Source: a virus
Lineage: Duplodnaviria; Caudoviricetes
IMG/VR virus record: IMGVR_UViG_2799113255_000001
Coordinates: 1 to 64,000 of that record
DNA: 64,000 nucleotides
Direction: 5' to 3' (one strand)
This document shows positions 9,045 through 18,723 of this stretch, piece after piece. The notes beneath the pieces were generated by a model, which worked only from the letters and a program-made list of their open reading frames with translations, did not search any database and had not been told where the DNA came from. Position 1 is the stretch's first letter. Every line of letters starts with the position of its first letter. The position numbers and the translations under genes are program-made.

Positions 9045-9515
9045 ATGGCTAAACCCCGAATCTGTGTGGACTGCCGGTCGGAAGGCATCACGACTAAACG
9101 ACCGGCACCCAATCCGGGGCCGCGTTGTGCTACGCACCACCGGGCTAGGCGGGCCAAGACCCGTTCTACCGCTTGGGAATCCCGGTTGATGAAGAACTTC
9201 GGATTGACACCGGAAGACTACTGGAAGCTGTATGAATACCAAAACGGTAGGTGCTATCTGTGTCAGAGAGCGTCGGGTCGTACGAAGCGGCTAGCGGTTG
9301 ATCACGACCATTCAACCGGTTTGGTTCGGGGGCTTCTTTGTTCACACGACAACCTGAAAGTCATTGGCCACAGCCGGGATTCGGTGGAGTTCTTCCAACG
9401 AGGTATCCAGTACCTCACTAACCCACCGGCGTTCGACGTGATCGGCAAGGTAGTCGCACCTATCGAGTCAGGCCAAGGACTTGACATACGACCAGAAACG
9501 AAAGAAGGAACATGA
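9045..9515 (+). CDS. Endonuclease VII
   Basis: QNGRCYLC..LAVDHDH.TGLVRGLLC. Confidence 0.92.
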   Translation: MAKPRICVDCRSEGITTKRPAPNPGPRCATHHRARRAKTRSTAWESRLMKNFGLTPEDYWKLYEYQNGRCYLCQRASGRTKRLAVDHDHSTGLVRGLLCSHDNLKVIGHSRDSVEFFQRGIQYLTNPPAFDVIGKVVAPIESGQGLDIRPETKEGT

Positions 9516-9916
9516 CAACGTATCCATTATGGGCTGACATCCCCTCTGGTGTCACGGTTTACGTCCCTAACCACGAGCTACTAGCGATCAAGCTGGAAAA
9601 CGCCACGCTGGTGTCCATTACCGAAAACAAGGGGCGAGCGGGGTGGATTCAAACTACCGGTCGTCTCAAGGGTCCGTTCGAGGACGTGTATGGAGAGCTG
9701 GTGTCCCTGGAGGAGTGCATCGTTCCGAAACCCGCTCCGAGGCGGTGGGACTCGCTGGTTGATGTTCCAAGAGACGTCCGGGTGCGAGATCGAGAACACG
9801 ATAAGTGGAAGTATCGAAAGGGTAAGTGGCACTTCCGAGAGAATGGAAAGTGGTTCTCAGTCTACAACGCACAGTTCTACGATACGTACGGACCATTCAC
9901 GGAGATCGTGAAGTGA
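9512..9916 (+). CDS. Hypothetical protein with two GPF modules
   Basis: ATGA overlap; internal duplication ending GPFED / GPFTE. Confidence 0.7.
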   Translation: MTTYPLWADIPSGVTVYVPNHELLAIKLENATLVSITENKGRAGWIQTTGRLKGPFEDVYGELVSLEECIVPKPAPRRWDSLVDVPRDVRVRDREHDKWKYRKGKWHFRENGKWFSVYNAQFYDTYGPFTEIVK

Positions 9917-10321
9917 ATGTCCCTGATAACCGCCGTCATCCACCGGTACCACCCGGAATGGGTTCCGCCGCCCGATAAGTCGCTTTGGTGCCGTTGTTCG
10001 TGCCCGTTTCACGGTGACGAAACACCATCAGCCGCAGTCAACTACCGCGTAAACGCCTACAACTGTATGGCTTGTGGGGTTAAGGGTGATGCAGTGGCAC
10101 TTATCAAGAAGCAGGAAGGAGTGACCCATCGAGAGGCAGTCACGATCGCACAGACTCTTCTTGAAGGAGGCGACGGAGAAGTACCACCGATCGTTCAAAG
10201 ACAGCAATGCCGAAGAGTATTTGGCGAGTCGGGATCTAACAGTGCCGGCGATAGTGGACGAACCGGAAGACAAAGCGTACTTCCGAATCGGGTACGTAGA
10301 CGACCCTTTACCGGGGCATGA
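9917..10321 (+). CDS. DNA primase, Zn-binding (CHC2) part
   Basis: CPFHGDETPS..CMAC. Confidence 0.88.
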   Translation: MSLITAVIHRYHPEWVPPPDKSLWCRCSCPFHGDETPSAAVNYRVNAYNCMACGVKGDAVALIKKQEGVTHREAVTIAQTLLEGGDGEVPPIVQRQQCRRVFGESGSNSAGDSGRTGRQSVLPNRVRRRPFTGA

Positions 10322-10796
10322 GATGTACCGGGGGATGCTGGCCCTGCCATACTTGCGTAAGTCGTACGAGTTCGGTTGGGGCGTAGCGTCTATCCGGTTC
10401 CGGTGTATCGAAGAACACGAACACCAGGGCCACGGGAAGTACATGACGGTCGCGGGTGATCGGCCTCGGCTGTACAACACGTTGGCGTTGTGGAAGCCGG
10501 TAGACACAGTAGCGATCACTGAGGGTGAGCTAGACGCCATCGCCGCCGAGTCGTGTGGTACCAGAGCGGTCGGGGTTCCGGGTGCTACTTCGTGGCAACG
10601 GTATTTTCGTGAACCGTTCCTCGGGTATCAGACGGTGTACATCCTCGCGGACGGGGACGAAGCCGGGATGCAGTTCGCCAACACCGTGGCGTCGGATCTA
10701 CCGAACGCACGGATTGTGCCGATGCCGAAAGGCTCGGACGTTAACGACTTCGTTCTGAGGGAGGGACGAGAAGCATTGAAAGACAGGTTGAAATGA
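10128..10796 (+). CDS. DNA primase, TOPRIM part (start uncertain: ATC 10128 or TTG 10161)
   Basis: ITEGELDA and LADGDEAG motifs; long overlap with the upstream ORF as in L5. Confidence 0.9.
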   Translation: MERQSRSHRLFLKEATEKYHRSFKDSNAEEYLASRDLTVPAIVDEPEDKAYFRIGYVDDPLPGHEMYRGMLALPYLRKSYEFGWGVASIRFRCIEEHEHQGHGKYMTVAGDRPRLYNTLALWKPVDTVAITEGELDAIAAESCGTRAVGVPGATSWQRYFREPFLGYQTVYILADGDEAGMQFANTVASDLPNARIVPMPKGSDVNDFVLREGREALKDRLK

Positions 10797-10965
10797 TGGA
10801 CTACGACTTAGGGTTGGAGGTACCCCCGAAGAGTCGGGAGAACACGTACCGACAAGAAGCGCTGGAGCAGTGGTTATCGGGCCTGCGCGATAACGTAGTT
10901 TTTTGGGGTGCTCGTAGCCGGAAGTTCTTGCGGATGGAACCTATCGACGGAAACTTCGTGGTCGG

Positions 10966-11250
10966 ATGATAGAAGTATTCGGTAAGCCGGATTGCCCTGG
11001 CTGTGAGCAGGTTAAGAAGCTGTTGGACCGCGAGGGTGCAGCGTACGAGTACTACGACGTGACCGACAACCCGTGGGCGATGGATGTTCTGAAAGAACAT
11101 GGCGTCAAACAGGTTCCGTTGGTGTTGTCGTGGACCCATCAACCAATCGTCGGGTTCAAGCCCGACGTGATCAAACAAGTAGTGCGGGCTTACGAGCAAT
11201 CCGCACCTTCGGGCGTACCGCCCTTGACATACGACCAGGAGGGTCGGTGA
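10966..11250 (+). CDS. nrdH: NrdH-like glutaredoxin
   Basis: CPGC, QVP and GFKPD motifs. Confidence 0.9.
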   Translation: MIEVFGKPDCPGCEQVKKLLDREGAAYEYYDVTDNPWAMDVLKEHGVKQVPLVLSWTHQPIVGFKPDVIKQVVRAYEQSAPSGVPPLTYDQEGR

Positions 11251-11708
11251 CAGAGAGCATTTTGCAAGAAGCAGAACGGATCATCAACGGCGACAGGGCC
11301 GAACAGTACGGCGATGCGGCTGAGTCGTTCGCGGACATCGCAAAGCGATGGACTATTGAGCTGGAAGACCGTCTGTCGTCCCCGGTAACGGCGTTGGACG
11401 TGGCACGGATGATGACTCAGCTCAAGATGTCCCGGTCACGGTCTACGTACCACCGGGATTCGTACGTCGACGGTGCCGGGTATCTGGGTCTGACGGATAG
11501 GTTGGTCGACACCGTCAAAGCCGAAACGGTACCGAGGGTGTGGAACAAGATTAGGCAAGTACCCGCTGACGTCTGGGTGGGGGATTACAAAGGCGGCAAG
11601 TTCATCTGGCGTGATGGGCAGTTGTACTACGGCCCCCACCCTTGGGGTGACATCAGTCCTTGTTTCGATGAAGACCTGGGGCCGTTCACGGAGGTGCTCT
11701 ATGGCTAA
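11247..11708 (+). CDS. DUF6378-like protein with C-terminal GPF module
   Basis: ILQEAERIINGDR..YGD..DSYVDGAGY. Confidence 0.8.
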   Translation: MTESILQEAERIINGDRAEQYGDAAESFADIAKRWTIELEDRLSSPVTALDVARMMTQLKMSRSRSTYHRDSYVDGAGYLGLTDRLVDTVKAETVPRVWNKIRQVPADVWVGDYKGGKFIWRDGQLYYGPHPWGDISPCFDEDLGPFTEVLYG

Positions 11709-13416
11709 GCGCATATGCCTGGTATCGGACATCCAATGGCCGTATCACGACCGTAAGGCCGTCAAAGCGGTCATCCAGTACATCCACGACACACAACCCG
11801 AAGAGGTTGTGTTGATAGGTGATTGTCTAGATTTCCCGCAACCGGCTCGGTGGTCCAAGGACACCCGATCGGAGTTCGAAGGGTCGATCTACAACGACGT
11901 CAAAGGATTCCAGGAGAAGGTGTTGGCCGTCCTGCGGGACGGCTACGACGGCCCTATCGGGATGCACGAAGGCAACCACGACCTACGGCCACGGGCGTAC
12001 CTGGAGAAGTACTCCCCGGCGCTGGCGGGAACCAACGCGTTCAACATCGAAGTGCTTTGCGACTTCGAGCAATTCGATATCACGTTGTTGCCGACGTTTT
12101 ACGACATCGCTCCGGGTTGGGTCTCTACCCACGGTCACTTGGGCGGTATCTCGTTGAACCGTATCGCCGGTAATACGGCGATGGGTGCGGCCCGGAAGTT
12201 CAACAAGTCGGTCGTGATGGGTCACTGCTTTGACGATCAAACAGAGATCCTGACCCCCCAAGGGTGGACTAAGCATTCGGATCTGACGGAAGACTCAATC
12301 GTGTTGACCGCCAACAAAGACACGCATGCTCTTGAGTGGAACAAGGTTCAGGAGGTACACCGCTATACAGATTACGACGAGCTGATCCGTATCAATTCGT
12401 TTGGATTGGATCTGTTGGTAACCCCCGAACACGGGTTGGTGATTGAGAGTCGCGCAGACGGATCGTGGAGCTTCCCTACAGCCGAACAGAAGTACGGAAA
12501 GGGTGTAGTGTTCCCGCTCGCCGGTTTGCACGACCAGGAGAGCCTTGATCTGTCGGACGACGAAGTGCGCTTCTTAGCTCTTGTTATGGCTGACGGATCG
12601 GTAGACCCGAACGGTAACATCCGCATTGCGCAGTCAGATGATGGGAAGGGCGATTACGAGGAGACCGTTCGCATCCTGGATTCCCTAGGGTATGAATACT
12701 CTAAGGTGTTGCGGTACAACGCGGGTGAAACACAGCACGGCACTCACCGTAATTTTGACGCGTACCGTTTCGGCATCAAGAGTGCAGCGGCACGTGCTTT
12801 GGTGGCCAAATACCTGGACGGAACGTCGAAGAACCCGTTAAGGAACCTGGCTGGTATGTCTGTACACCAGATGAACGTGTTCTTGGACATGTACACGCTG
12901 ACAGACGGCAGCACCAACGCAGAATCTCTTAACTCTCGCCAGTTGACCAGCTTTGACAAGCCAAAGCTGGACTTCCTACAAGAGTTGGCTGTTCGGACGG
13001 GTCACCGTTCTTCTATGGGTACCCGACACCTGACAATTAACTCACGGTCGACCGTACGCGTCGATAAGCACTCGTGGTATCGAGAGCCGTATTCCGGTGT
13101 TGTGTGGTGTGTTTCAGTTCCAAATGGGACATTGGTTGTTCGTAGAAACGGTAAAACGGCTATTACCCAGAATACCCACCGTCTCGGGATCATCTCGGAG
13201 ACACGTGGTTACGGCGGCAAGGTGACGTCTCAGTTGACCGGTATGGAGGTGGGGAACCTGATGGACATGACGTTGGCCCACTACCTTAAGCAAGGCACCG
13301 CTAATTGGCAGCAGGGTTTCGGTCTTCTGACGGTCGACGGGCAGCACGTGAAACCGGAAATCGTAGAGATCAAGAAGGGTCGATTCTCGGTCGACGGGAA
13401 AGTTTGGGAGGTCTAG
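11701..13416 (+). CDS. Metallophosphoesterase (Bxb1 gp47 RDF-like) interrupted by an intein
   Basis: SDIQ, GDCLD, GNHD, THGH and split GH/TH motifs; located in the replication cluster. Confidence 0.88.
   Translation: MAKRICLVSDIQWPYHDRKAVKAVIQYIHDTQPEEVVLIGDCLDFPQPARWSKDTRSEFEGSIYNDVKGFQEKVLAVLRDGYDGPIGMHEGNHDLRPRAYLEKYSPALAGTNAFNIEVLCDFEQFDITLLPTFYDIAPGWVSTHGHLGGISLNRIAGNTAMGAARKFNKSVVMGHCFDDQTEILTPQGWTKHSDLTEDSIVLTANKDTHALEWNKVQEVHRYTDYDELIRINSFGLDLLVTPEHGLVIESRADGSWSFPTAEQKYGKGVVFPLAGLHDQESLDLSDDEVRFLALVMADGSVDPNGNIRIAQSDDGKGDYEETVRILDSLGYEYSKVLRYNAGETQHGTHRNFDAYRFGIKSAAARALVAKYLDGTSKNPLRNLAGMSVHQMNVFLDMYTLTDGSTNAESLNSRQLTSFDKPKLDFLQELAVRTGHRSSMGTRHLTINSRSTVRVDKHSWYREPYSGVVWCVSVPNGTLVVRRNGKTAITQNTHRLGIISETRGYGGKVTSQLTGMEVGNLMDMTLAHYLKQGTANWQQGFGLLTVDGQHVKPEIVEIKKGRFSVDGKVWEV
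12226..13173 (+). mobile_element. Intein (316 aa) with LAGLIDADG-type endonuclease
   Basis: Starts CFDDQTEILT, block B VTPEH, LALVMADG and YTLTDG motifs, ends VRRNGKTAITQN before Thr. Confidence 0.93.
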
Positions 13417-13575
13417 GCGCTATGAACGGAGTTCATGAGCTGGAGGCCCCTGCCTTTGACAGGGTCCGTACTTGACATACGACCCGACGGACCGGTTGGT
13501 CGGAGATGGTTGGGTGCGCCTGAAGGTTGGAAGCCAAAGGGCTACAGATGAATACCTTCTCCACCCGACTCGACC

Positions 13576-14397
13576 ATGGTTGAAGGCAGACCTAGCCCGT
13601 ACCGATGGGTCGGCACAAATCGACCTGACGTTCTACGAGATTGTGGCGGACTTTTGGCTGAGCTTGACACAGTAATAGACGGGATCTTCCGACGAGCCGC
13701 CGCGAAAGCGTTGTTGGAGTGGGGTTGGGATGAGAGCCAGTACCTAGACGATCTAGCTCAGTCTATGTGGGTCTGGTATCTCGAAAGTCCTGGTACGCAA
13801 AGGCAATTCGCGAATCTTCTAGCGGAAGGCCAGATCCCGTTAGTTAGGAATCTAGCAAACCACGCGGCGGTCCAGATACTTGTGGATGAGTCGATTGAGA
13901 ACGACTTATCTAACAACAAGATTGTTTACTCCACAGAGTCGGTTAAGGACGCTTTGAAGGGCCGGTCCACTAACAAGTATCTGCACGACTTGATACCCCT
14001 GGCACTCCAGCTGGTACAACAGCGGGACGACGAACTGGAGGACAGGGGATCGTACCGGGGGTACGCCGAAGCAATACGGTCCAGGTACACGGACGGGCTC
14101 GTACCCAAGGGCAGTGACGCTGATCGGTTGACCAAGGCGCACAAGACGGTTGCGGTGGAAGTAAACAATTTGAACCTCTCGTTTGACGGGGGGACATTGG
14201 GTAGTTGCCACCGAATACCTGCCGAACAGCGAAAGCGCAAGGGGCAGTATGGAGACCCAACCGGTGACGTGGCGATGGCGTTGATCGAGCACGGGGACAA
14301 CATCATCCCGGTAGTGGACCGAACCGGGGAGGTAACGGCGATAACTACATATAGAAGGGAGTTCTACGGTGATGAACTTATTCGACGGCCAGTTTAA
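13576..14397 (+). CDS. Conserved cluster A protein, sigma-factor-like (true start probably TTG 13654)
   Basis: DDLAQSMWVWYLESP and YSTESVKDAL motifs; synteny. Confidence 0.7.
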   Translation: MVEGRPSPYRWVGTNRPDVLRDCGGLLAELDTVIDGIFRRAAAKALLEWGWDESQYLDDLAQSMWVWYLESPGTQRQFANLLAEGQIPLVRNLANHAAVQILVDESIENDLSNNKIVYSTESVKDALKGRSTNKYLHDLIPLALQLVQQRDDELEDRGSYRGYAEAIRSRYTDGLVPKGSDADRLTKAHKTVAVEVNNLNLSFDGGTLGSCHRIPAEQRKRKGQYGDPTGDVAMALIEHGDNIIPVVDRTGEVTAITTYRREFYGDELIRRPV

Positions 14398-14539
14398 CGG
14401 GATGCCGCATTCCGAGATGTACAGGGCGGAAGTGTTTCCCGAGCTGTTCCCGCACGAAAAACGGATGCGGATCGAGAACTGGAGCCAGCAAGACCGCGAG
14501 ATGTTTTGCGGCGGCGAATACACGAAGGGGTATAAGTGA
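14372..14539 (+). CDS. 55-aa conserved small protein, absent from the ORF track
   Basis: MNLFDGQFNGMPHSEMYRAEVFPELFPHE; GGGAG RBS; overlaps neighbours. Confidence 0.7.
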   Translation: MNLFDGQFNGMPHSEMYRAEVFPELFPHEKRMRIENWSQQDREMFCGGEYTKGYK

Positions 14540-14892
14540 CTCTAACTAGCAGAGAAGTAGCACTAGAGCTTATTTCGGAAGGGTTTGATCACGCGTACGA
14601 CGTGACGTCCCACCCAGGGTGCTACGACTACCGCGACAAGGACGATTGGCCTGATTGGGACGACGAGTACAGCTGGTCAACTGTGGCACACGAGGTGGCT
14701 TCGCTTGCAGCACAGTTTAATCAACTTAGATCGGGCAGACGCGGTGTAAGCCCAAACTTCAGCGCGGAAGAGGTCAAAGCCATCCGCCTGTTGGAGGGGC
14801 AAATACCCCCTAAGACGGTGTCTGATGTATTCGGTATCTCGGAAAACATGGTGTTGAGCATTTGGGCGGGTGTCTCTTACCCCAATGTCTAA
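14536..14892 (+). CDS. Protein with C-terminal HTH
   Basis: [22 protein letters not shown]. Confidence 0.65.
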   Translation: MTLTSREVALELISEGFDHAYDVTSHPGCYDYRDKDDWPDWDDEYSWSTVAHEVASLAAQFNQLRSGRRGVSPNFSAEEVKAIRLLEGQIPPKTVSDVFGISENMVLSIWAGVSYPNV

Positions 14893-16939
14893 CTACGAGT
14901 GGGTGAATGAGACCGGAAAGCTCGTCTACGAAAGAACTTACGCGAGGGTTAAGCCCAACGGTGAAAAGGAGCAGTGGCCAGAAACCGTTGAACGAGTAGT
15001 CGACGGGAACCTAGCCCTTGTCGATGAGCGGTACCAGCTGGAGAACGAACGCGAAGATCTAATCCGTCTGATGACGGACTTCAAGATCCTCCCGGCAGGT
15101 CGACACCTGTGGGCATCGGGTGTAAAGAACGCACAGCATCTTTTCAACTGCTGGGTATCGGGTTGGACCGACAAGCCCTCGGATCACTTCGAGTTTACGT
15201 TCATGCGCCTAATGGAAGGCGGGGGTGTCGGGGCCAACTACTCCAACCGGTTCCTACAGCACTTCCCGTTAGTCCAGCACTTCCTACAGGTAGAAATCGT
15301 CTGCGACCCTGAGCATCCCGACTACGAAACACTCAAGGCGGAAGGCGTGTTGTCCACGCTGTACGACTACGAGTGGGAGGGTGCCTACCCGATCGAGGAC
15401 TCTCGGGAGGGTTGGGCAGCTGCGCTGGTCGACCTGATCGACACCCACTACCGGGAAGACACCGTCCACTTCAACCGGGTCTACGACGTGTCGCGGATAC
15501 GGCATGCGGGCGCTCGTCTGAAGACGTTCGGTGGCCGTGCATCCGGTCCGCTCCCGTTGGCCCACATGCTGATCGAAGTGTCGAAGATACTGAGCGATAA
15601 ACACGGTCACCGGCTAGACGGTATGTCGGCTATGGGGATGGACCACGAGATAGCCAAGTGTGTTGTGGCGGGTGGCGTTCGTCGGTCGGCCCGTATGGCG
15701 ATGATGCATTGGGCTGACGAGCAGATCACGGAGTTTGTGAACTGTAAGAGCGAATCTGGGAAGCACTGGACGACAAACATATCGGTGGAAGTCGATGACG
15801 AGTTCTGGACCAGACAAGGCCGGATTACCTCTGATATGACCAGAACAGATGCGATCCGTATCCTGACGGCACGTAGGGTACTCCACACGCTCTCACAAGG
15901 GGCTGTACGAAACGGTGAGCCGGGTATGTGGGACTCGTCGCTGTCCAACGTCGGGGAGCCGAACGAGGTCGTCTGCACTAACCCCTGTGGCGAAATCACT
16001 TTGGAGCCATGGGAGCCGTGCAACCTCGGACACGTCAACCTAGCCGCGTTCGTAGACGAGTACGGAAACGAGTCGCTGTTCGAGGTTTACAAAGCCCACC
16101 AGCTGATGACCCGGTTCCTGATCCGGGCGACGTTCGCCGCCGTAGGCGACGAGAAGTCTCGAGAAGTACTGGACCGCAACCGCCGAATCGGTGTCGGCCA
16201 CCTGGGGGTGGCCTCGTACCTGGCGATGACCGGTCGGAAGTACTCGGACGCATCGGCTGACCCGGAGTTCAAGGCGAAGCTGCGATCCTGGGCCGCTGCC
16301 GTAGACGACGAGGCCGCGAAGTTCTGTCACCAGCTCCGTATCCCGGTGCCGGTGAAGAAACGGACGGTGGCCCCTACGGGGACCATAGCGAAGATGCCCG
16401 GAGTATCAGAAGGTATCCACCCGATCTTCTCCCGGTACTTCAACCGCCGTATTCGGTTCAACACACGCGGTGATGACCTGGCGCAGGTGGACGAACTGCG
16501 AGAGCAGGGATTCCACGTCGAGGACGACCTGTACGCCCCGGACACGTTGGTAGTAACCATTCCTACCAAGGACACGCTAGTGGCCGCGGTAGAGGCAATC
16601 TACGGCCCGGAACGGGCAGAGGAGTTGGTGCAGTCAGCCGACGAGTTGTCGTTGAACGAGCTGCTGGCGTTCCAGGCGATGTACCAGACGTGTTGGGCGG
16701 ATAACGCGGTGTCGTTCACGGCCAACGTCGACCCGGATAAGTACACGGCGAAAGACGTGTCGGATCAGTTGGTTCGGTTCGCCGGGTTGATAAAAGGTGC
16801 GACCGTCTTCCCGGAATCGTCTATGCCACAGAGCCCGTACGAGCGAATAACGAAGGAGGAGTATGAAGCGTCACAAGCCAAATCCGTCAGCGACGGTGTT
16901 GACGAAGAGTGCTCCAACGGTTCGTGCCCTATCCGGTAA
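14885..16939 (+). CDS. nrdJ: Class II (B12-dependent) ribonucleotide reductase
   Basis: TNPCGE, GGVRRSA, TVAPTGT and C-terminal CSNGSCP; no small subunit gene. Confidence 0.95.
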   Translation: MSNYEWVNETGKLVYERTYARVKPNGEKEQWPETVERVVDGNLALVDERYQLENEREDLIRLMTDFKILPAGRHLWASGVKNAQHLFNCWVSGWTDKPSDHFEFTFMRLMEGGGVGANYSNRFLQHFPLVQHFLQVEIVCDPEHPDYETLKAEGVLSTLYDYEWEGAYPIEDSREGWAAALVDLIDTHYREDTVHFNRVYDVSRIRHAGARLKTFGGRASGPLPLAHMLIEVSKILSDKHGHRLDGMSAMGMDHEIAKCVVAGGVRRSARMAMMHWADEQITEFVNCKSESGKHWTTNISVEVDDEFWTRQGRITSDMTRTDAIRILTARRVLHTLSQGAVRNGEPGMWDSSLSNVGEPNEVVCTNPCGEITLEPWEPCNLGHVNLAAFVDEYGNESLFEVYKAHQLMTRFLIRATFAAVGDEKSREVLDRNRRIGVGHLGVASYLAMTGRKYSDASADPEFKAKLRSWAAAVDDEAAKFCHQLRIPVPVKKRTVAPTGTIAKMPGVSEGIHPIFSRYFNRRIRFNTRGDDLAQVDELREQGFHVEDDLYAPDTLVVTIPTKDTLVAAVEAIYGPERAEELVQSADELSLNELLAFQAMYQTCWADNAVSFTANVDPDKYTAKDVSDQLVRFAGLIKGATVFPESSMPQSPYERITKEEYEASQAKSVSDGVDEECSNGSCPIR

Positions 16940-16943
16940 CGGT

Positions 16944-17168
16944 ATGTGGGCAGCGATAGCCGCTGCCGTTCTCTACCACGAGATTAATTGTCGTGAAGGG
17001 GAACTCCTGTCGGAAGCCGTGGATCGGGGATTGGCTAAACACCCGGTACCTATCTACGTGCTCGTCCTAGTAACGGCAGCTCACCTACTTAATTGGCTGC
17101 CATCCCAAACCGATCCGTATCACCTGATCGGTGTTTTGTTCAAGAAGTCGAAAGGCAAACATGACTGA
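16944..17168 (+). CDS. Small membrane protein
   Basis: Two hydrophobic segments around GELLSEAVD. Confidence 0.65.
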   Translation: MWAAIAAAVLYHEINCREGELLSEAVDRGLAKHPVPIYVLVLVTAAHLLNWLPSQTDPYHLIGVLFKKSKGKHD

Positions 17169-17652
17169 TATTGATGACGACCCGTTCGCACCGAAGACCG
17201 CTGTAGCCGATAACCCCGTGTCCTCCGACGCAGGGCGACCCCCCGCCGTGGTTAAGACCGCCGCGGTAGGGGAGGGCGAAGGCAAGATCGTTATGACCTA
17301 CAAGGAGGGGGCGGGGTTTGACTCGTCTTGGACTGTAGTCCATGCCAACTCGGTTGAAGATGCTAAGTCGATTCTGAAAGACCCGGAGTTCAAGGAACTG
17401 TTGGATCTATCGAAGAGGGTGGCGGCGTACTTCCGTGGTGGTTCTACCTCCTCGGCACCGGCTGCACCCGCACAGGCTCGGTCCAACGCACCGGCAGCCG
17501 CGCAGGCTGCCCCGGACGGTGACTCCCGCCAGTGCAAGCACGGGGAGATGGTGTACAAGACCGGATCGAAGAACGGTCGGACTTGGAAGGGCTTCTTCTG
17601 CCCGTCTCCCAAGGACACTCCCGACCAGTGCAGCCCTGAGTTCCTGCGGTAG
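17161..17652 (+). CDS. Conserved protein with C-terminal Zn ribbon
   Basis: DDPF N-terminus, Ala/Pro linker, CKHG..FFCP..C. Confidence 0.8.
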   Translation: MTDIDDDPFAPKTAVADNPVSSDAGRPPAVVKTAAVGEGEGKIVMTYKEGAGFDSSWTVVHANSVEDAKSILKDPEFKELLDLSKRVAAYFRGGSTSSAPAAPAQARSNAPAAAQAAPDGDSRQCKHGEMVYKTGSKNGRTWKGFFCPSPKDTPDQCSPEFLR

Positions 17653-17878
17653 CCGTGTCCGACTTTGAGGATCTGATGGAGGGGGCGGGGTTTGAACCCC
17701 CGCCTCCCCCGGAGGTGTTCGACTTCGAGGTCCACCTAATCAGCGAAGACGAACCAATCCGGGTACCAAAGAGCCGGTTGACGTTTGACGGAGAAGAACT
17801 CGTTCTAACCGGCGACACAGGTAGTTTCACGTCGTTTCGGTGGGAGTTGGTTGAGTACTACACGGGTAAGGCGGTGCG

Positions 17879-18148
17879 ATGACTACTACTGAGTACATCT
17901 GCATGACTCAAGACGACTACGACGCCCTACACGACGAGGTCGAACGGTTGACCGAAGTAAACAAACGGCTGAAATCCCAGATACGACAACAACCGTCGAA
18001 CTCCAAGAAGCTGACCAAGTCCGAGGTCTCGCAGATCCGGGACATGTACCGCAAGGGCTACAAGGTTACTGAACTGGCGGTCATCTTCGACGTCAACCAT
18101 TCCACGGTCTCTCGGATCGTCAAACACGTGTACTGGAAAGGCATTTGA
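17879..18148 (+). CDS. HTH DNA-binding protein
   Basis: KLTKSEVSQIR..ELAVIFDVNHSTVSRIV. Confidence 0.85.
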   Translation: MTTTEYICMTQDDYDALHDEVERLTEVNKRLKSQIRQQPSNSKKLTKSEVSQIRDMYRKGYKVTELAVIFDVNHSTVSRIVKHVYWKGI

Positions 18149-18723
18149 TGAAACTAGAACTACACATAGACAACCCACTGTCTCAGGCCCTTCTGGACTG
18201 GGACAACTCAAGTACCGACCTGTGGCTAGTACTTAAGAGACCAGGCCCGATCGGTGGCTCGCATTTTCGAGCACGGCTGTCCTCGTGGGATTGGGATCGT
18301 ACTAAGGACGTCTTGACCGCTGAGTTTGAAAGCTGGGAGGACTTCATGGAACGGCAAGCGAAATTGCAGGGTATCTGATGAACATCGAGAAAGAGATTTA
18401 CAAAGACATACTGGCACACAGTCTGTCTCCGATTGTGGTGTTGGCAGCCCTGAAGGCTACGCAGCACGACTACGCACAGATGGGTGCTTACACGGACGAG
18501 ATCCAAATGTTCGTCCAGACCCTCGAAAACACCGCTGTTCGTATGGTCGAACAGTATTCAGGATTGGATGACTGATGAGGATCGAGGACCTTATCGATCT
18601 ACTTGAGTACTACGCGAAAGATCTAGACAACCCCCGAGTCGTCAACCACAGGACGGGTAAGCGGGTTAAGACCGCGTGGTTTGACCACATTTCAGGCAAG
18701 GTTTACATCAGCTAGGGAGCGAA

